Program-made: the position numbers and the translations under genes
NCBI GenBank assembly: GCA_938084645.1
Contig: CALKEP010000002.1
Coordinates: 1-64,000, forward strand
DNA from: an uncultured Phycisphaerales bacterium
GTDB taxonomy: Bacteria > Planctomycetota > Phycisphaerae > Phycisphaerales > SM1A02
Reading direction: 5' to 3'
DNA: 64,000 nucleotides
The notes under the pieces: generated by a model
Database searches by the model: none
What the model was told of the DNA's origin: nothing
What the model saw: only the letters and a program-made list of their open reading frames with translations
Shown: positions 1-9,250 of the stretch, piece by piece
Layout of the letters: each line of letters opens with the position of its first letter
How positions within the stretch are numbered: the first letter of the stretch is position 1

Positions 1-105
1 AGCAGCAGCAGGATCAGCAGCAGCAGGATCAGCAGCAGCAGGATCAGCAGCAGCAGGATCAGCAGCAGCAGGATCAGCAGCAGCAGGATCAGCAGCAGCA
101 GGATC
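1..105 (+). repeat. Perfect 15-bp tandem repeat agcagcagcaggatc x7 (encodes QQQQD)
   Basis: Seven identical units visible; the array may continue beyond the window edge. Confidence 0.95.
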
Positions 106-317
106 AACCGGATTCCGAACCGGAAGGCGAATCGGAAGCGACCCCGTCTTCCCCCGAGACGTCGGAGAAGGCGAAGGAAGACACCGAACCACGAATGACC
201 CGCGAAGAAGCGGAACGCCTTCTTCAATCGGTCCGAGACAAGGAACGCCAGCGTCGTCGCGCCCAGGCCGAAGCCGAGGAACTTCGCCCGAGGAAACCCG
301 TGGAGCGTGACTGGTGA
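3..317 (+). CDS. BatC-like (or BatB/C fusion) protein, C-terminal part only (5' end outside window)
   Basis: Manual translation: (QQQQD)n...MTREEAERLLQSVRDKERQRR...KPVERDW*. This resembles the BatC C-terminus, and the stop overlaps the batD start (TGATG). Confidence 0.75.
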   Translation, partial: QQQDQQQQDQQQQDQQQQDQQQQDQQQQDQQQQDQPDSEPEGESEATPSSPETSEKAKEDTEPRMTREEAERLLQSVRDKERQRRRAQAEAEELRPRKPVERDW

Positions 318-2185
318 TGCATCACGTCGTCCACCCCGAATTCACTCGACGATCCCGCCAACGCATGCCGCGTCTGGTCGTGATGCTGATCGCCTGCCTC
401 GGATCGCTGACCACGAGCGTTCTGGCGGACGGGCAAGCCGAGTTCAAGTTCGGCCAGCGCGAAGTCTGGGTCGGACAACCCTTTCTCCTCGAAGTCGACA
501 TCGTGAATGCGGAAGCCTGGACCGAGCCACAGGTACCGGAGATCGACGGTCTCACCAGCACGGTGCTGCCAAGCGCCCGCGAGAGCACCTTCACGCAGAT
601 CATCAACGGCGTGGTGACGACACGGTCCACCCGCACCTTCGTGGTTCGCTTCGTCGCGACGCGGCCCGGCATCATCGAGATTCCGCCCATCGGTCTGACG
701 GTGGACGGCAAACGATTCGAAAGCGATCCATGGAGGGTCATCGCGACCAAGAGCGAGGTCGGCGATCTCCTGGTCGTCGAGATCATCGGCACCCCGGAAC
801 GGGCGTGGGTCGGCCAGCCGGTGCGACTGACCCTGCAGATCTGGGTCGAGCAGTTCGTGGACCGAGCGAATCGAATACGGCTGGACGAAGCCGACATGTG
901 GGGACTCATCTCCGCCGGCGAGTCTTCCTGGGGCCTGTTCAAGGAGTCGCTCGAGGAGCTCGCGAGAAACCGGCGTCGTCCCTCCGGCCGTCGAGTCGAA
1001 CGTGGGGATCGGACGTACTTCCTCTATGAGATCAACCACGACGTCATTCCGATCAAGGCCGGCGAGATCGATCCGGGCGAGGTCCAGATCCTGCTCCGGC
1101 AACCGACCGAGATCGCCGTCACCCGGGACATCTTCAATCGACGCCAGATGGAGATCGAGGGGATCCGCCCCGTGATCCAGACCGCCCGGATCCGGCCGAT
1201 CGAGGTCCGATCGCTGCCGGAGGAGGGACGCCCATCGAGTTTCACCGGCGCGGTGGGCCGGTTCTCGGTCCGCGCCCTCGCCGAACCCCGTGACGTCTCG
1301 GTCGGCGATCCCATCACCCTCCGATTCGAGGTCACCGACGAGTCGCCGGGAGTCGCGGGCGATCTCGCGAACCTCCGCCCCCCACCGCTCCGCGATCTCG
1401 AGGCACTGGATGGATTCCGGGTCCCGGACGATCCGACCACCGGCATCGTCGAGGGACGAACCAAGATCTTCACGGAAACGCTCCGACCCGAGCGCGACGA
1501 CCTCGACGCGATTCCCTCGATCCCCTTCGTGAGCTTCGATCCGGAGCTCGAGCGATACGTGACCGCGAGCAGTGAACCCGTCCCGATCAACGTCGCACCG
1601 AGTGAACGGCTCGACCTCGTCGGCACGGTCCGCGGAGAAGGCGGACTCGACCAGGCGATTCTGCGAGGCACGACGCTGACCGCGACCACCGGTGGCCTGC
1701 GTGCGAACCACCCCGTCGCCGACGCCGCGACGCCCCGGCGCGATTTCGAACCGGGATGGACGACCGCGACGATCGCGATCGCCGCGCCGGTGACGTATCT
1801 GGTGGGACTGCTGCTGATCCGTCGACGTGAACATCGACTGGCGAACCCCGATGCGAGGCGGGCCGCCGCCGCCCGATCGAAGGCAAGATCCGTTCTCGGC
1901 GGCGAAGGCTCGACGGCCGACCGTGTCCATGCGTCTCTCTGCGGACTCATCGCGGATCGCCTCCATCTGCCGGAGGGCGCGATGACCGCCCGCGAGGCGG
2001 AGATCGCGGTGGAACGAGCCGGTCTGGAACCCTCGGATCGCGAGGAACTCCGCAGCGTGCTCGACGCCGCGGAGACGGTCCGTTACGCGGGCGCCTCCAG
2101 CGACGACGCCGAACTGGAACGACGGGCGGGAGCCCTGATTTCCAGTCTCGATGCGCTCCGACCGGGACGGAGGTCCGACCGATGA
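317..2185 (+). CDS. batD: BatD family protein
   Basis: Signal peptide, repeated Ig-like BatD segments, FTGAVGRF motif and C-terminal TM; lies between batC-like and batE-like genes. Start at ATG 317 (or GTG 314). Confidence 0.85.
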   Translation: MHHVVHPEFTRRSRQRMPRLVVMLIACLGSLTTSVLADGQAEFKFGQREVWVGQPFLLEVDIVNAEAWTEPQVPEIDGLTSTVLPSARESTFTQIINGVVTTRSTRTFVVRFVATRPGIIEIPPIGLTVDGKRFESDPWRVIATKSEVGDLLVVEIIGTPERAWVGQPVRLTLQIWVEQFVDRANRIRLDEADMWGLISAGESSWGLFKESLEELARNRRRPSGRRVERGDRTYFLYEINHDVIPIKAGEIDPGEVQILLRQPTEIAVTRDIFNRRQMEIEGIRPVIQTARIRPIEVRSLPEEGRPSSFTGAVGRFSVRALAEPRDVSVGDPITLRFEVTDESPGVAGDLANLRPPPLRDLEALDGFRVPDDPTTGIVEGRTKIFTETLRPERDDLDAIPSIPFVSFDPELERYVTASSEPVPINVAPSERLDLVGTVRGEGGLDQAILRGTTLTATTGGLRANHPVADAATPRRDFEPGWTTATIAIAAPVTYLVGLLLIRRREHRLANPDARRAAAARSKARSVLGGEGSTADRVHASLCGLIADRLHLPEGAMTAREAEIAVERAGLEPSDREELRSVLDAAETVRYAGASSDDAELERRAGALISSLDALRPGRRSDR

Positions 2186-3036
2186 CGACCACCCGACGAA
2201 CTCCACTCCACTCGGTGCTGATCGCCGGACTGGTGCTGCTGGGCACCATCATCACCCCGGCGACGTTCGGCGACGAAGACCTCCTCGAACTCGCCCGGAA
2301 CGCGGAGTCGGCCTACGAGTCCGGCCTCGGCCGGGTGGCGGGGTCGACGGACGCGCTCGGTGACTTTCGGCGCAGTGCCGACGGCTGGCGAACGGTGATC
2401 GCAGCCGGTGGAGACAATGCCGCCGCCTGGTTCAACCTCGGCAATGCCGAACTTCGAGCGGAACGGCTTGGCGAGGCGATCGTCGCGTACCGGCGGGCCG
2501 AGCGGCTCGCTCCCTTCGATGACGACGTCGCCGCGAACCTCGCCGAGGCCCGACGTCGCGTCGAGCGACCGATCGAGGCCGATGCGACGGATCTCACCGT
2601 CTCCAATCTCGCCGGATGGTGGAAGGCCGTCGACACGCCCGGTCGGTACGTGATCGCGGTGTCGACCTGGATCGGATTCTGGATGCTCCTGCTGGCCCGC
2701 CGGGCCCGCGGCTCCGGACCACGAAGCGACGAGGCGGAGGCGACGGCGCTGGCGTGGAGATCCACGCTGGCGATCCTCGGGATCACCGCGGTCCTCGCCA
2801 CCGGAACGATCCTCGTGGATCGAACGCTTGCGACCCGTCGTTCCGCAGGCGTGCTCCTGATCGACGATGTGACCCTGCGAACCGGGAATGGCGCGACCTT
2901 CTCCCCCGCGACCGACGAGACGATCTCCAAGGGCGTCGAATTCTCCATTCTCGAGCGGCGTCCGGGATGGTGGCGGATCCGACTCCCGGACGGCACCGTC
3001 GGATGGATCGCGGAAGACACGGGCGAGGCCGTCTGA
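2182..3036 (+). CDS. batE: BatE-like TPR protein with C-terminal SH3 domain
   Basis: TPR (WFNLGNA..AIVAYRRA), two TMs, SH3b-like WWRIRLPDGTVGWI; ATGA overlap with batD. Confidence 0.8.
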   Translation: MTTTRRTPLHSVLIAGLVLLGTIITPATFGDEDLLELARNAESAYESGLGRVAGSTDALGDFRRSADGWRTVIAAGGDNAAAWFNLGNAELRAERLGEAIVAYRRAERLAPFDDDVAANLAEARRRVERPIEADATDLTVSNLAGWWKAVDTPGRYVIAVSTWIGFWMLLLARRARGSGPRSDEAEATALAWRSTLAILGITAVLATGTILVDRTLATRRSAGVLLIDDVTLRTGNGATFSPATDETISKGVEFSILERRPGWWRIRLPDGTVGWIAEDTGEAV

Positions 3037-3082
3037 GCCGACGGCCCGGCCCACCCGGACTTCGCGACGACCGAGCGAAAGA

Positions 3083-3116
3083 ACGACCGCCGGCACGAAC
3101 TCGTGCCGGCGGTCGT
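3083..3116 (-). terminator. Hairpin/terminator between convergent batE and tRNA-Ser
   Basis: 15-bp perfect stem acgaccgccggcacg/cgtgccggcggtcgt; short U-rich tail on the minus strand. Confidence 0.6.
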
Positions 3117-3123
3117 CGTCAAG

Positions 3124-3210
3124 CGGAGAGGGTGGGATTCGAACCCACGATGACCCGGAGGCCATACCGGTTTTCGAGACCGGCGCATTCAACCGCTCTG
3201 CCACCTCTCC
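3124..3210 (-). tRNA. tRNA-Ser(CGA), CCA not encoded
   Basis: GGAGAGG acceptor stem, TGGCAGAGCGG D-arm, CCGGT-CTCGAAA-ACCGG anticodon arm, long variable arm, GGTTCGAATCC T-arm. Confidence 0.97.
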
Positions 3211-3358
3211 TGAGCGGAGGATTCTAGCGACCTCCGATCGGCTTCGCGAGCGGGCCGACTTTTCCTGTCACACCGGTGATCCACGTCCCTACGGGTTTCT
3301 GCAAGCAGGTCACCCGGATGCTCCGGAGGACCGAAACAACACCCGTGGAGGAATCACC

Positions 3359-3979
3359 ATGTCTCGCAAGTACCACGAACGAATCGCACCGACCATCGCC
3401 GGTTTCGCCATCCTGACCGCGTCCGCGGCGGTCGTCATGGAGTCGAGCCAGTCCTCCCACGCGGCCCCCGCCGGTGGCTGGAGCTACCAGGGCGATGACT
3501 GCGACGTCCTCGGCGGAACCGCCCCCTCGAGCTCGTGGTTCGAACTCGACTACGGCGGCACGTCACCGTCCTGGGAAGGAGGCTGCGTGTGGGCGACGGA
3601 AGCGGATCTGTTCATCCGGTACGTCGCGCCGGTCACCGGCAACCTCCGCGCGGTGGTCTGCACCGGGGGGGACGTGAACCCGCGATGGATCCTCTCGGCC
3701 CGCCATGCGTGCGATGGAACCGCGATCGCCTGTAGCTTCGACAATGCGCCCGACGACGTGGAGAGTTGCTTCGGCGGGGCCTCGGCCGAGTTCAACGTGG
3801 AGGCGGGACAGGTGGTGTTCTTCCGCATCGCCGCCGAAGAGCATGCACGAGGCATCGACTACGGGCAGTCCATGCACATCGAGGTCGAGCCGATCGGCTT
3901 CCCGCTCGGCGACCTCAACCATGACTTCAAGGTCAACGGACTCGACCTCGGCCTGCTCTTCGCGAACTGGACCGGATGA
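3359..3979 (+). CDS. Secreted Cys-containing protein with C-terminal dockerin-like motif
   Basis: GGAGG SD before ATG, signal peptide, ends GDLNHDFKVNGLDLGLLFANWTG. Confidence 0.8.
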   Translation: MSRKYHERIAPTIAGFAILTASAAVVMESSQSSHAAPAGGWSYQGDDCDVLGGTAPSSSWFELDYGGTSPSWEGGCVWATEADLFIRYVAPVTGNLRAVVCTGGDVNPRWILSARHACDGTAIACSFDNAPDDVESCFGGASAEFNVEAGQVVFFRIAAEEHARGIDYGQSMHIEVEPIGFPLGDLNHDFKVNGLDLGLLFANWTG

Positions 3980-4002
3980 TCGGGACCGCATGGAACATGA
4001 GA

Positions 4003-4037
4003 CACACGCCCCGCTTCAGTTCGAAGCGGGGCGTGTG
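4003..4037. terminator. Probable bidirectional terminator hairpin
   Basis: 15-bp perfect stem cacacgccccgcttc/gaagcggggcgtgtg between convergent genes. Confidence 0.7.
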
Positions 4038-4060
4038 CGATTCCGGGCTTCGGGATCTGA

Positions 4061-5530
4061 TCAGCCGGTCCACTCGACCAGGAGGATTCCGAGATCGATT
4101 CCGTTCGTCGTTCCATCGCCGTTGAAGTCCGTCGGACCGGATTCACCCCACCCGACCAGGAAGAGTCCGAGGTCGACGCCGTTCACAGCGCCATCCCCGT
4201 TCAGGTCCGCGGGCGATCCGGCGCTCTCGCAGGCGTCCGCGGTTCCATCGCCGTCGAGATCCTCGCAGGTCGATCCGATCCCCCGCCACTCGGCCCCCGC
4301 GGCGATGGCCTCGGCTTCGGTCAACACGAGGCAGAAGCCGTTCCCGAAGCAGGCGGCGCCGACGGGCTCCGGGCACTCGACACTGAGACAGTCGGTGCCG
4401 TCACCCTGGAAGACACCGCCGAGGGCGGCACATTCCTCCGGCGAGAGGATTCCGGCGCATTCCCCGGTCGGCAGGCAGCAGGCGCCTTCGGGGAAGCAGA
4501 TGTAGTCGTCGCAGACTTCACCCACCGGTCCCGGGATGCCCTGGACCGCCAGGCAGTCCGCGGGCGTGAGCTGGACGCATCCGCCGGTCGCGGGGAAGCA
4601 GCACGGTGCGGTCTCCGCACAGTCGCCGGCACCGCAGTCGGTTCCCGGGCCGAGGAAGATGCCTCCCGCGTCGGAGCAGGTGAGTTCATCGAGGGTCGAG
4701 CAGGTCCCGCCGATGCAGCAGGCCCCCAGCGCATCGCAGGCGCTCGGCGTCCACGTGAACCGCTGGACCCAGTCGCCGCTCGGTCGGCAGATGCTCGGGA
4801 GATCCGAAAAACGCTTCCACCCGTCGGGACAGCCGAAGATCCCGCAGTCCTCCACGAAGATCCAGTTGCCGGTCGCGGATTGAAGGCCGTCGACGTCGGT
4901 GCAGGGGAACGCGTTGAACTGGGGATCGGGAGGCGTGATGCACTGGTTCGTCGGCGGTTGATGATGCTCGACGATCTCGATGCCGACCGTGACCGTGTGC
5001 GAACCGTCATCGGCGATCCAGATCTGATCGGGATCACCCGGGTCGACCAGGAACTCGAGCCGCACGCCGGTGGTTCCGGGGGGCATGGTGATGTGGGGAA
5101 GGATGTCGCCATCGGAAGCGACGTTGAACACCAGCGTCCCGGAATCGGGCCGACCCGACCAGACGTAGATCGCGTATTCGGTGGTCGTCTCCACCACCGT
5201 GGAGCTGGTCGCGAACAACGACTCGAAGAGATCGAGACGGACGGGGAAGGCGTCGGGTGGAAGCTCGAAACTCGTCGCGGCGATCTCGCCCTCGATGAAT
5301 CCACCCTGCGCGACGTACTCCCCGGGCCCGAAGTCGCTGGCGGTGTGGGCGACCACGACCGCGTCGCAGGCACCCGCGATGCCGCCGCCGTCCGCATCAC
5401 TTCGATCGAGGATCGCCTGATGACGGTGGATCCCCCGCATTCGGACATCGAGCGGCGAGGGCGGGCCGGCGAGGGTGGTCGAGGCGACACCACAGATCGT
5501 GAGCAGGATGGTGGCCGGAATTCGAAGCAT
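4061..5530 (-). CDS. Secreted protein with four Cys-rich GACC-type repeats and double dockerin-like C-terminus
   Basis: Signal peptide MLRIPATILLTICG, GGAGA SD, four ~38-42 aa Cys repeats, two DxNGDG..NGxDLG..W motifs. Confidence 0.85.
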   Translation of the reverse strand: MLRIPATILLTICGVASTTLAGPPSPLDVRMRGIHRHQAILDRSDADGGGIAGACDAVVVAHTASDFGPGEYVAQGGFIEGEIAATSFELPPDAFPVRLDLFESLFATSSTVVETTTEYAIYVWSGRPDSGTLVFNVASDGDILPHITMPPGTTGVRLEFLVDPGDPDQIWIADDGSHTVTVGIEIVEHHQPPTNQCITPPDPQFNAFPCTDVDGLQSATGNWIFVEDCGIFGCPDGWKRFSDLPSICRPSGDWVQRFTWTPSACDALGACCIGGTCSTLDELTCSDAGGIFLGPGTDCGAGDCAETAPCCFPATGGCVQLTPADCLAVQGIPGPVGEVCDDYICFPEGACCLPTGECAGILSPEECAALGGVFQGDGTDCLSVECPEPVGAACFGNGFCLVLTEAEAIAAGAEWRGIGSTCEDLDGDGTADACESAGSPADLNGDGAVNGVDLGLFLVGWGESGPTDFNGDGTTNGIDLGILLVEWTG

Positions 5531-5715
5531 GCGATGGTCTCCAGGAAGGGCGAGCGCGGACACGCATCCTTCACCCCCCGAAATCATTCGGCTCCCGTCG
5601 AGATCCACCGGGACCGACACTCGCCATCAGAGCGTACTCTCAAGGCAGGCCGAAGCCAGCCAATCCTCGGTACGGTCCGAAAACAAGGGGGCCGCGGTTC
5701 CCGAACCATCGAGAT

Positions 5716-6315
5716 TCAGTTGATCGAATCGGCCAGGGCGGTGATCAGGGCCTCGGGCTCGGGGAGACGGCCCGATCCGACGCGACGACACGCCTGCCAG
5801 CCACTCCCGGGCTCGATGAGCCCGAACCCGTCATCCGACAGGATCCCGAGATTCCGACGGGTCGCCGGCTGCGACCACATCTCCGCGTTCATGCTCGGCG
5901 CGAGCAACACCGGGACCCGGGTGCGATCGATCGCCGAAAGCGCCGTGGTGACCGCATCGTCGGTGAAGCCAGCCGCGAGTCTGGCGAGGGTGTTCATGGT
6001 GCACGGCGCCACCAGCGCGGCGTCAAGACCCTCCGCCATGCGTACATGCTGCGGATCGGCCTGATCGAACTGGTCCCACTGGCTCGTGAACACCGGTCGC
6101 CCGCTGAGTGCCTGGAAGGTGAGCGGGGTGATGAAGCGGGTCGCCGCCTCGGTCATCGCCACCGTCACTTCACCGCCGGCCTGGACCACCCGGGACACGA
6201 CGGTCGCCACCTTGTAGGCGGCGATCCCCCCGCAGACGCACACGAGAATTCTCCGTCCGGTGAAGACACCGTCGGACGCGTCGTTGCGCGGATTCTCGTG
6301 CGTGGCATCCGTCAC
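5716..6315 (-). CDS. coaC: Phosphopantothenoylcysteine decarboxylase (stand-alone CoaC flavoprotein domain)
   Basis: GGIAAYK, APCTMNTLARLA, APSMN..MW and ACRRVGSGRL motifs; follows rpoZ; no CoaB domain. Start (GTG) approximate. Confidence 0.88.
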   Translation of the reverse strand: MTDATHENPRNDASDGVFTGRRILVCVCGGIAAYKVATVVSRVVQAGGEVTVAMTEAATRFITPLTFQALSGRPVFTSQWDQFDQADPQHVRMAEGLDAALVAPCTMNTLARLAAGFTDDAVTTALSAIDRTRVPVLLAPSMNAEMWSQPATRRNLGILSDDGFGLIEPGSGWQACRRVGSGRLPEPEALITALADSIN

Positions 6316-6358
6316 GGAACGCTCCGGGCTCGAGCATGCACCGAGGCGGTTGCTCGAC

Positions 6359-6568
6359 TCAGCCTTCCGGCTGGTTGGGATCCTCGAGCGAGATCTTGTC
6401 CTGCATGATCTCCTCGATGACCACTTCAAGGTCGGACATGCCGTTCCGCTCGACGAGGGGACGGGCACCGTCGACGAGTTCGGCGATCCGCTTCTGAATG
6501 AGTGCGGTGAGGCGGAACCTTCCGCCGACCTTGCGGACGATCTCGTCGCTCTTCAGGGCTTCGATCAT
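6359..6568 (-). CDS. rpoZ: RNA polymerase omega subunit
   Basis: MIEALKSDEIVRKVGGRFRLTALIQKRIAELVDGARPLV...; synteny with coaC. Confidence 0.88.
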   Translation of the reverse strand: MIEALKSDEIVRKVGGRFRLTALIQKRIAELVDGARPLVERNGMSDLEVVIEEIMQDKISLEDPNQPEG

Positions 6569-6751
6569 GGGTGTGGACCTCTGGGATGAATCCTGGCGGA
6601 AGTCCCGCCAATCCGACGATGATACCCGATCCGGGCCCCTCCAGGCCAGTCCACGGCCAGACCCACGGGAGCAGGCCTTGACCCCGGCTCGGAAACGGGT
6701 ACGGTCGCGGATTCGGACCGGATTCCGGCCCCGCCAGGAGACCGAGGCCGC

Positions 6752-8599
6752 ATGGCCACCCGACTCAGGAATCTCGTTCTCGGCCTCGCCTCCCGCCTCG
6801 GCTTCAGCCGCGAATGGTGGCTCCTCGTCGTCGCGGCCGGAGTCGGACTGATCATGGGGGTGGCCGGCTATCTCTTCATCAAGCCGATCCAGTGGCTCGA
6901 ACACGCCGCGGAGGACTTCGGAACGGCATCGCCGTCGACCCTCCTCTGGCTTCTTCCCGTCATTCCCGTGGTGGGCGCCGTGCTCACCGGCATCCTCGCG
7001 TGGCTGCTGCCCACCGAGTTCAAGGGTCACGGGGTCTCGAACGTCATGTTCGGCGTCATTCGGCGACAGTCCCGCCTCCGAATGAGGCTGCTGATCCGGC
7101 AATGGCTGGGGTCGACCCTCACCATCGGCTCCGGCGGCTCCGCGGGCCCCGAGGGGCCGATCGTGACGATCGGCGCGGTCATCGGATCCAATCTCGCCCG
7201 ACTGCTCCGACTCGATGCGAAGAGCGGCACCACCCTGCTCGGCTGCGGTGCGGCCGCGGGCCTCGCTTCGGTGTTCAACGCCCCGATCGCCGGGATCTTC
7301 TTCGTCCTCGAAGTCCTGCTTCGAGACTTCTCGCTCCGGACGTTCACGCCCATCGTGATCGCCTCGGTTCTCGCGGCCGCGACCACCCAGACGATCCTCG
7401 GTTCGAACGAACCGCTCTTCGGCGTGGGCCCCAACTTCTTCGAGAACAGCCCGGTGCCCTTCACGATCGGCATGACGCCGGCGTTCGTCGTGTTCGGCAT
7501 CGCCTGCGGACTCGTCGCCGTCCTGTTCATCCGGACCATGCAGTGGAGCGAGCGGTGCTTCAATCGCATCCCGGTGCCGGACGCGATCCGTCCCGGCGTC
7601 GGAGCCCTCCTTCTGGGGCTCCTCGGCGTCGCGTACATGCTGCTGGTCGCGCCGCGTGGCACGGATCTGACGTCGGATCCGGTTCCGCCGTTCCTCGGCA
7701 ACGGCTACATGGTCATCATGCGGCTCCTGGATCCCGACTCCTACGTCGACGCCGAGGGTTCGATGATCGCCGATGGCACGGGTGCGGTGATCGGAATCCT
7801 CTTCCTGCTCGTCGTCCTCAAGATCATCTCGACCAGCCTCACCCTCGGGTCCGGCGGGGCGGGCGGGCTCTTCGCCCCGGCGCTGGTGGTCGGCGCGATC
7901 GTCGGAAGCATGTTCGGACTCGTGGTCGCCCAGACCGGCTGGTTCCCCGCGGCGAATCCGGCGCACTTCGCACTCGTCGGCATGGCGGCGATGGTGGCGG
8001 CGACCACGCACGCCCCGATGACGGGGGTCATGCTCGTCTACGAGATCACGCACACCTACAGCCTGATCGTCCCGCTCATGCTCTGCGCCGTCCTGAGCGT
8101 GATCGTCGGACGTCTTCTCTACCGCGAGAGCGTGTACACCGCGGAACTCGCGGCGGCCGGGATCCACGTCGGGGGAAGCACCGACCTGACCCTGCTGCGA
8201 CAGCTCACGGTGCGGGACGTCCCCCTGATGCCGCCCGTCACGGTCCGACCCAACGACAGCGGACAGCGTCTCCTCGACCTGAGCGAGCGATTCGCGGTCT
8301 CCGACTTCGTGGTGGTCGACGACGACGACAACTATCTCGGAATGGTCACGGGCGCCGACCTCCAGGCGGCACTGGTCTTCCGAGAGGCGATCCCCCTGCT
8401 CCAGGTCCACGAGATCGAACGGACGGACCTGCCGAGCATGGTCCTGGACGACACCCTCGACGTCGCGCTCGATCGATTCAGCGAGCACGACGCGGCGTCG
8501 CTCGCGGTTCTGAGCCGACCACGGAACGGCCGCGTCATCGGCGTTCTGACGCGCAGCCGACTGATGCGCGAGTACCAGCACGCCCTGGCGGAGAGCTGA
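6752..8599 (+). CDS. CLC chloride channel/transporter with two CBS domains
   Basis: GGSAGPEGP, FNAPIAG, GGLFAP, ESVYT motifs; C-terminal CBS pair. Confidence 0.93.
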   Translation: MATRLRNLVLGLASRLGFSREWWLLVVAAGVGLIMGVAGYLFIKPIQWLEHAAEDFGTASPSTLLWLLPVIPVVGAVLTGILAWLLPTEFKGHGVSNVMFGVIRRQSRLRMRLLIRQWLGSTLTIGSGGSAGPEGPIVTIGAVIGSNLARLLRLDAKSGTTLLGCGAAAGLASVFNAPIAGIFFVLEVLLRDFSLRTFTPIVIASVLAAATTQTILGSNEPLFGVGPNFFENSPVPFTIGMTPAFVVFGIACGLVAVLFIRTMQWSERCFNRIPVPDAIRPGVGALLLGLLGVAYMLLVAPRGTDLTSDPVPPFLGNGYMVIMRLLDPDSYVDAEGSMIADGTGAVIGILFLLVVLKIISTSLTLGSGGAGGLFAPALVVGAIVGSMFGLVVAQTGWFPAANPAHFALVGMAAMVAATTHAPMTGVMLVYEITHTYSLIVPLMLCAVLSVIVGRLLYRESVYTAELAAAGIHVGGSTDLTLLRQLTVRDVPLMPPVTVRPNDSGQRLLDLSERFAVSDFVVVDDDDNYLGMVTGADLQAALVFREAIPLLQVHEIERTDLPSMVLDDTLDVALDRFSEHDAASLAVLSRPRNGRVIGVLTRSRLMREYQHALAES

Positions 8600-8603
8600 C
8601 GGA

Positions 8604-9017
8604 ATGTCGTTCTCACGCTTCACCTTCGGCGTCGAGGATCGGCTCAAGGGTCGAACCGCCTTTTCCGCGGTTCACGCCGGACGCACGCGACGCGAATCCG
8701 GTCCCCTCCTGGTCTACGCGCTGCCGAACGGACTCGAACGACTTCGGCTCGGCCTCTCGGTCGGACGCCGCTGTGGAAACGCGGTGCGGCGGAACCGCTT
8801 CAAGCGATTGCTCCGCGAGACGTTCCGGCTGAACCGGGGATCGTGGCCCGTCGGCTACGATCTGCTCGTCGTGGTCCGGCCGCACGAGGAACTGCCCCTC
8901 GTCGCGTACGCCACGCATCTCGAATCCGCGATCAAACGACTGGACGAGACATGGCGGAACCGAAGTCGGAAGCAGACGCCACCACCGGACGACCATCCAT
9001 CGCCACCCTCGGCCTGA
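8604..9017 (+). CDS. rnpA: Ribonuclease P protein component
   Basis: RLGLSVGRRCGNAVRRNRFKRLLRE (RNR motif). Confidence 0.95.
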   Translation: MSFSRFTFGVEDRLKGRTAFSAVHAGRTRRESGPLLVYALPNGLERLRLGLSVGRRCGNAVRRNRFKRLLRETFRLNRGSWPVGYDLLVVVRPHEELPLVAYATHLESAIKRLDETWRNRSRKQTPPPDDHPSPPSA

Positions 9018-9229
9018 TGCTCGCGGTCCGCGGATACCGACGATTCGGCTCGCCGTGGCTCGGAGGGCACTGTCGCTTCGAACCGAGCTGCTCCCGGTAC
9101 GCGATGGAGGCGCTCGAGCGCCATGGCGCGATACGCGGTGGCTGGCTGGCCACGCGACGGGTGTTCCGATGCCGGCCGGGCGGCGGCGCGGGCCTCGACC
9201 CGGTGCCGCCGAAGACCAGCTCCGATTGA
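8951..9229 (+). CDS. yidD: Membrane protein insertion efficiency factor YidD
   Basis: CRFEPSCSRYAMEALERHG...RCRP...DPVP; start could be 8951 or 9017. Confidence 0.9.
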   Translation: MAEPKSEADATTGRPSIATLGLMLAVRGYRRFGSPWLGGHCRFEPSCSRYAMEALERHGAIRGGWLATRRVFRCRPGGGAGLDPVPPKTSSD

Positions 9230-9250
9230 GATCGTGGAAACGGATCCGAG

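Noticed and set aside
1..105. Repeat as a CRISPR array
   Set aside because: 15-bp head-to-tail units without spacers, in frame within a CDS; no cas genes.
3124..5530. Genomic island integrated at tRNA-Ser
   Set aside because: No integrase, no duplicated tRNA 3' end seen, no obvious composition shift; the accessory genes lie on the tRNA 5' side.
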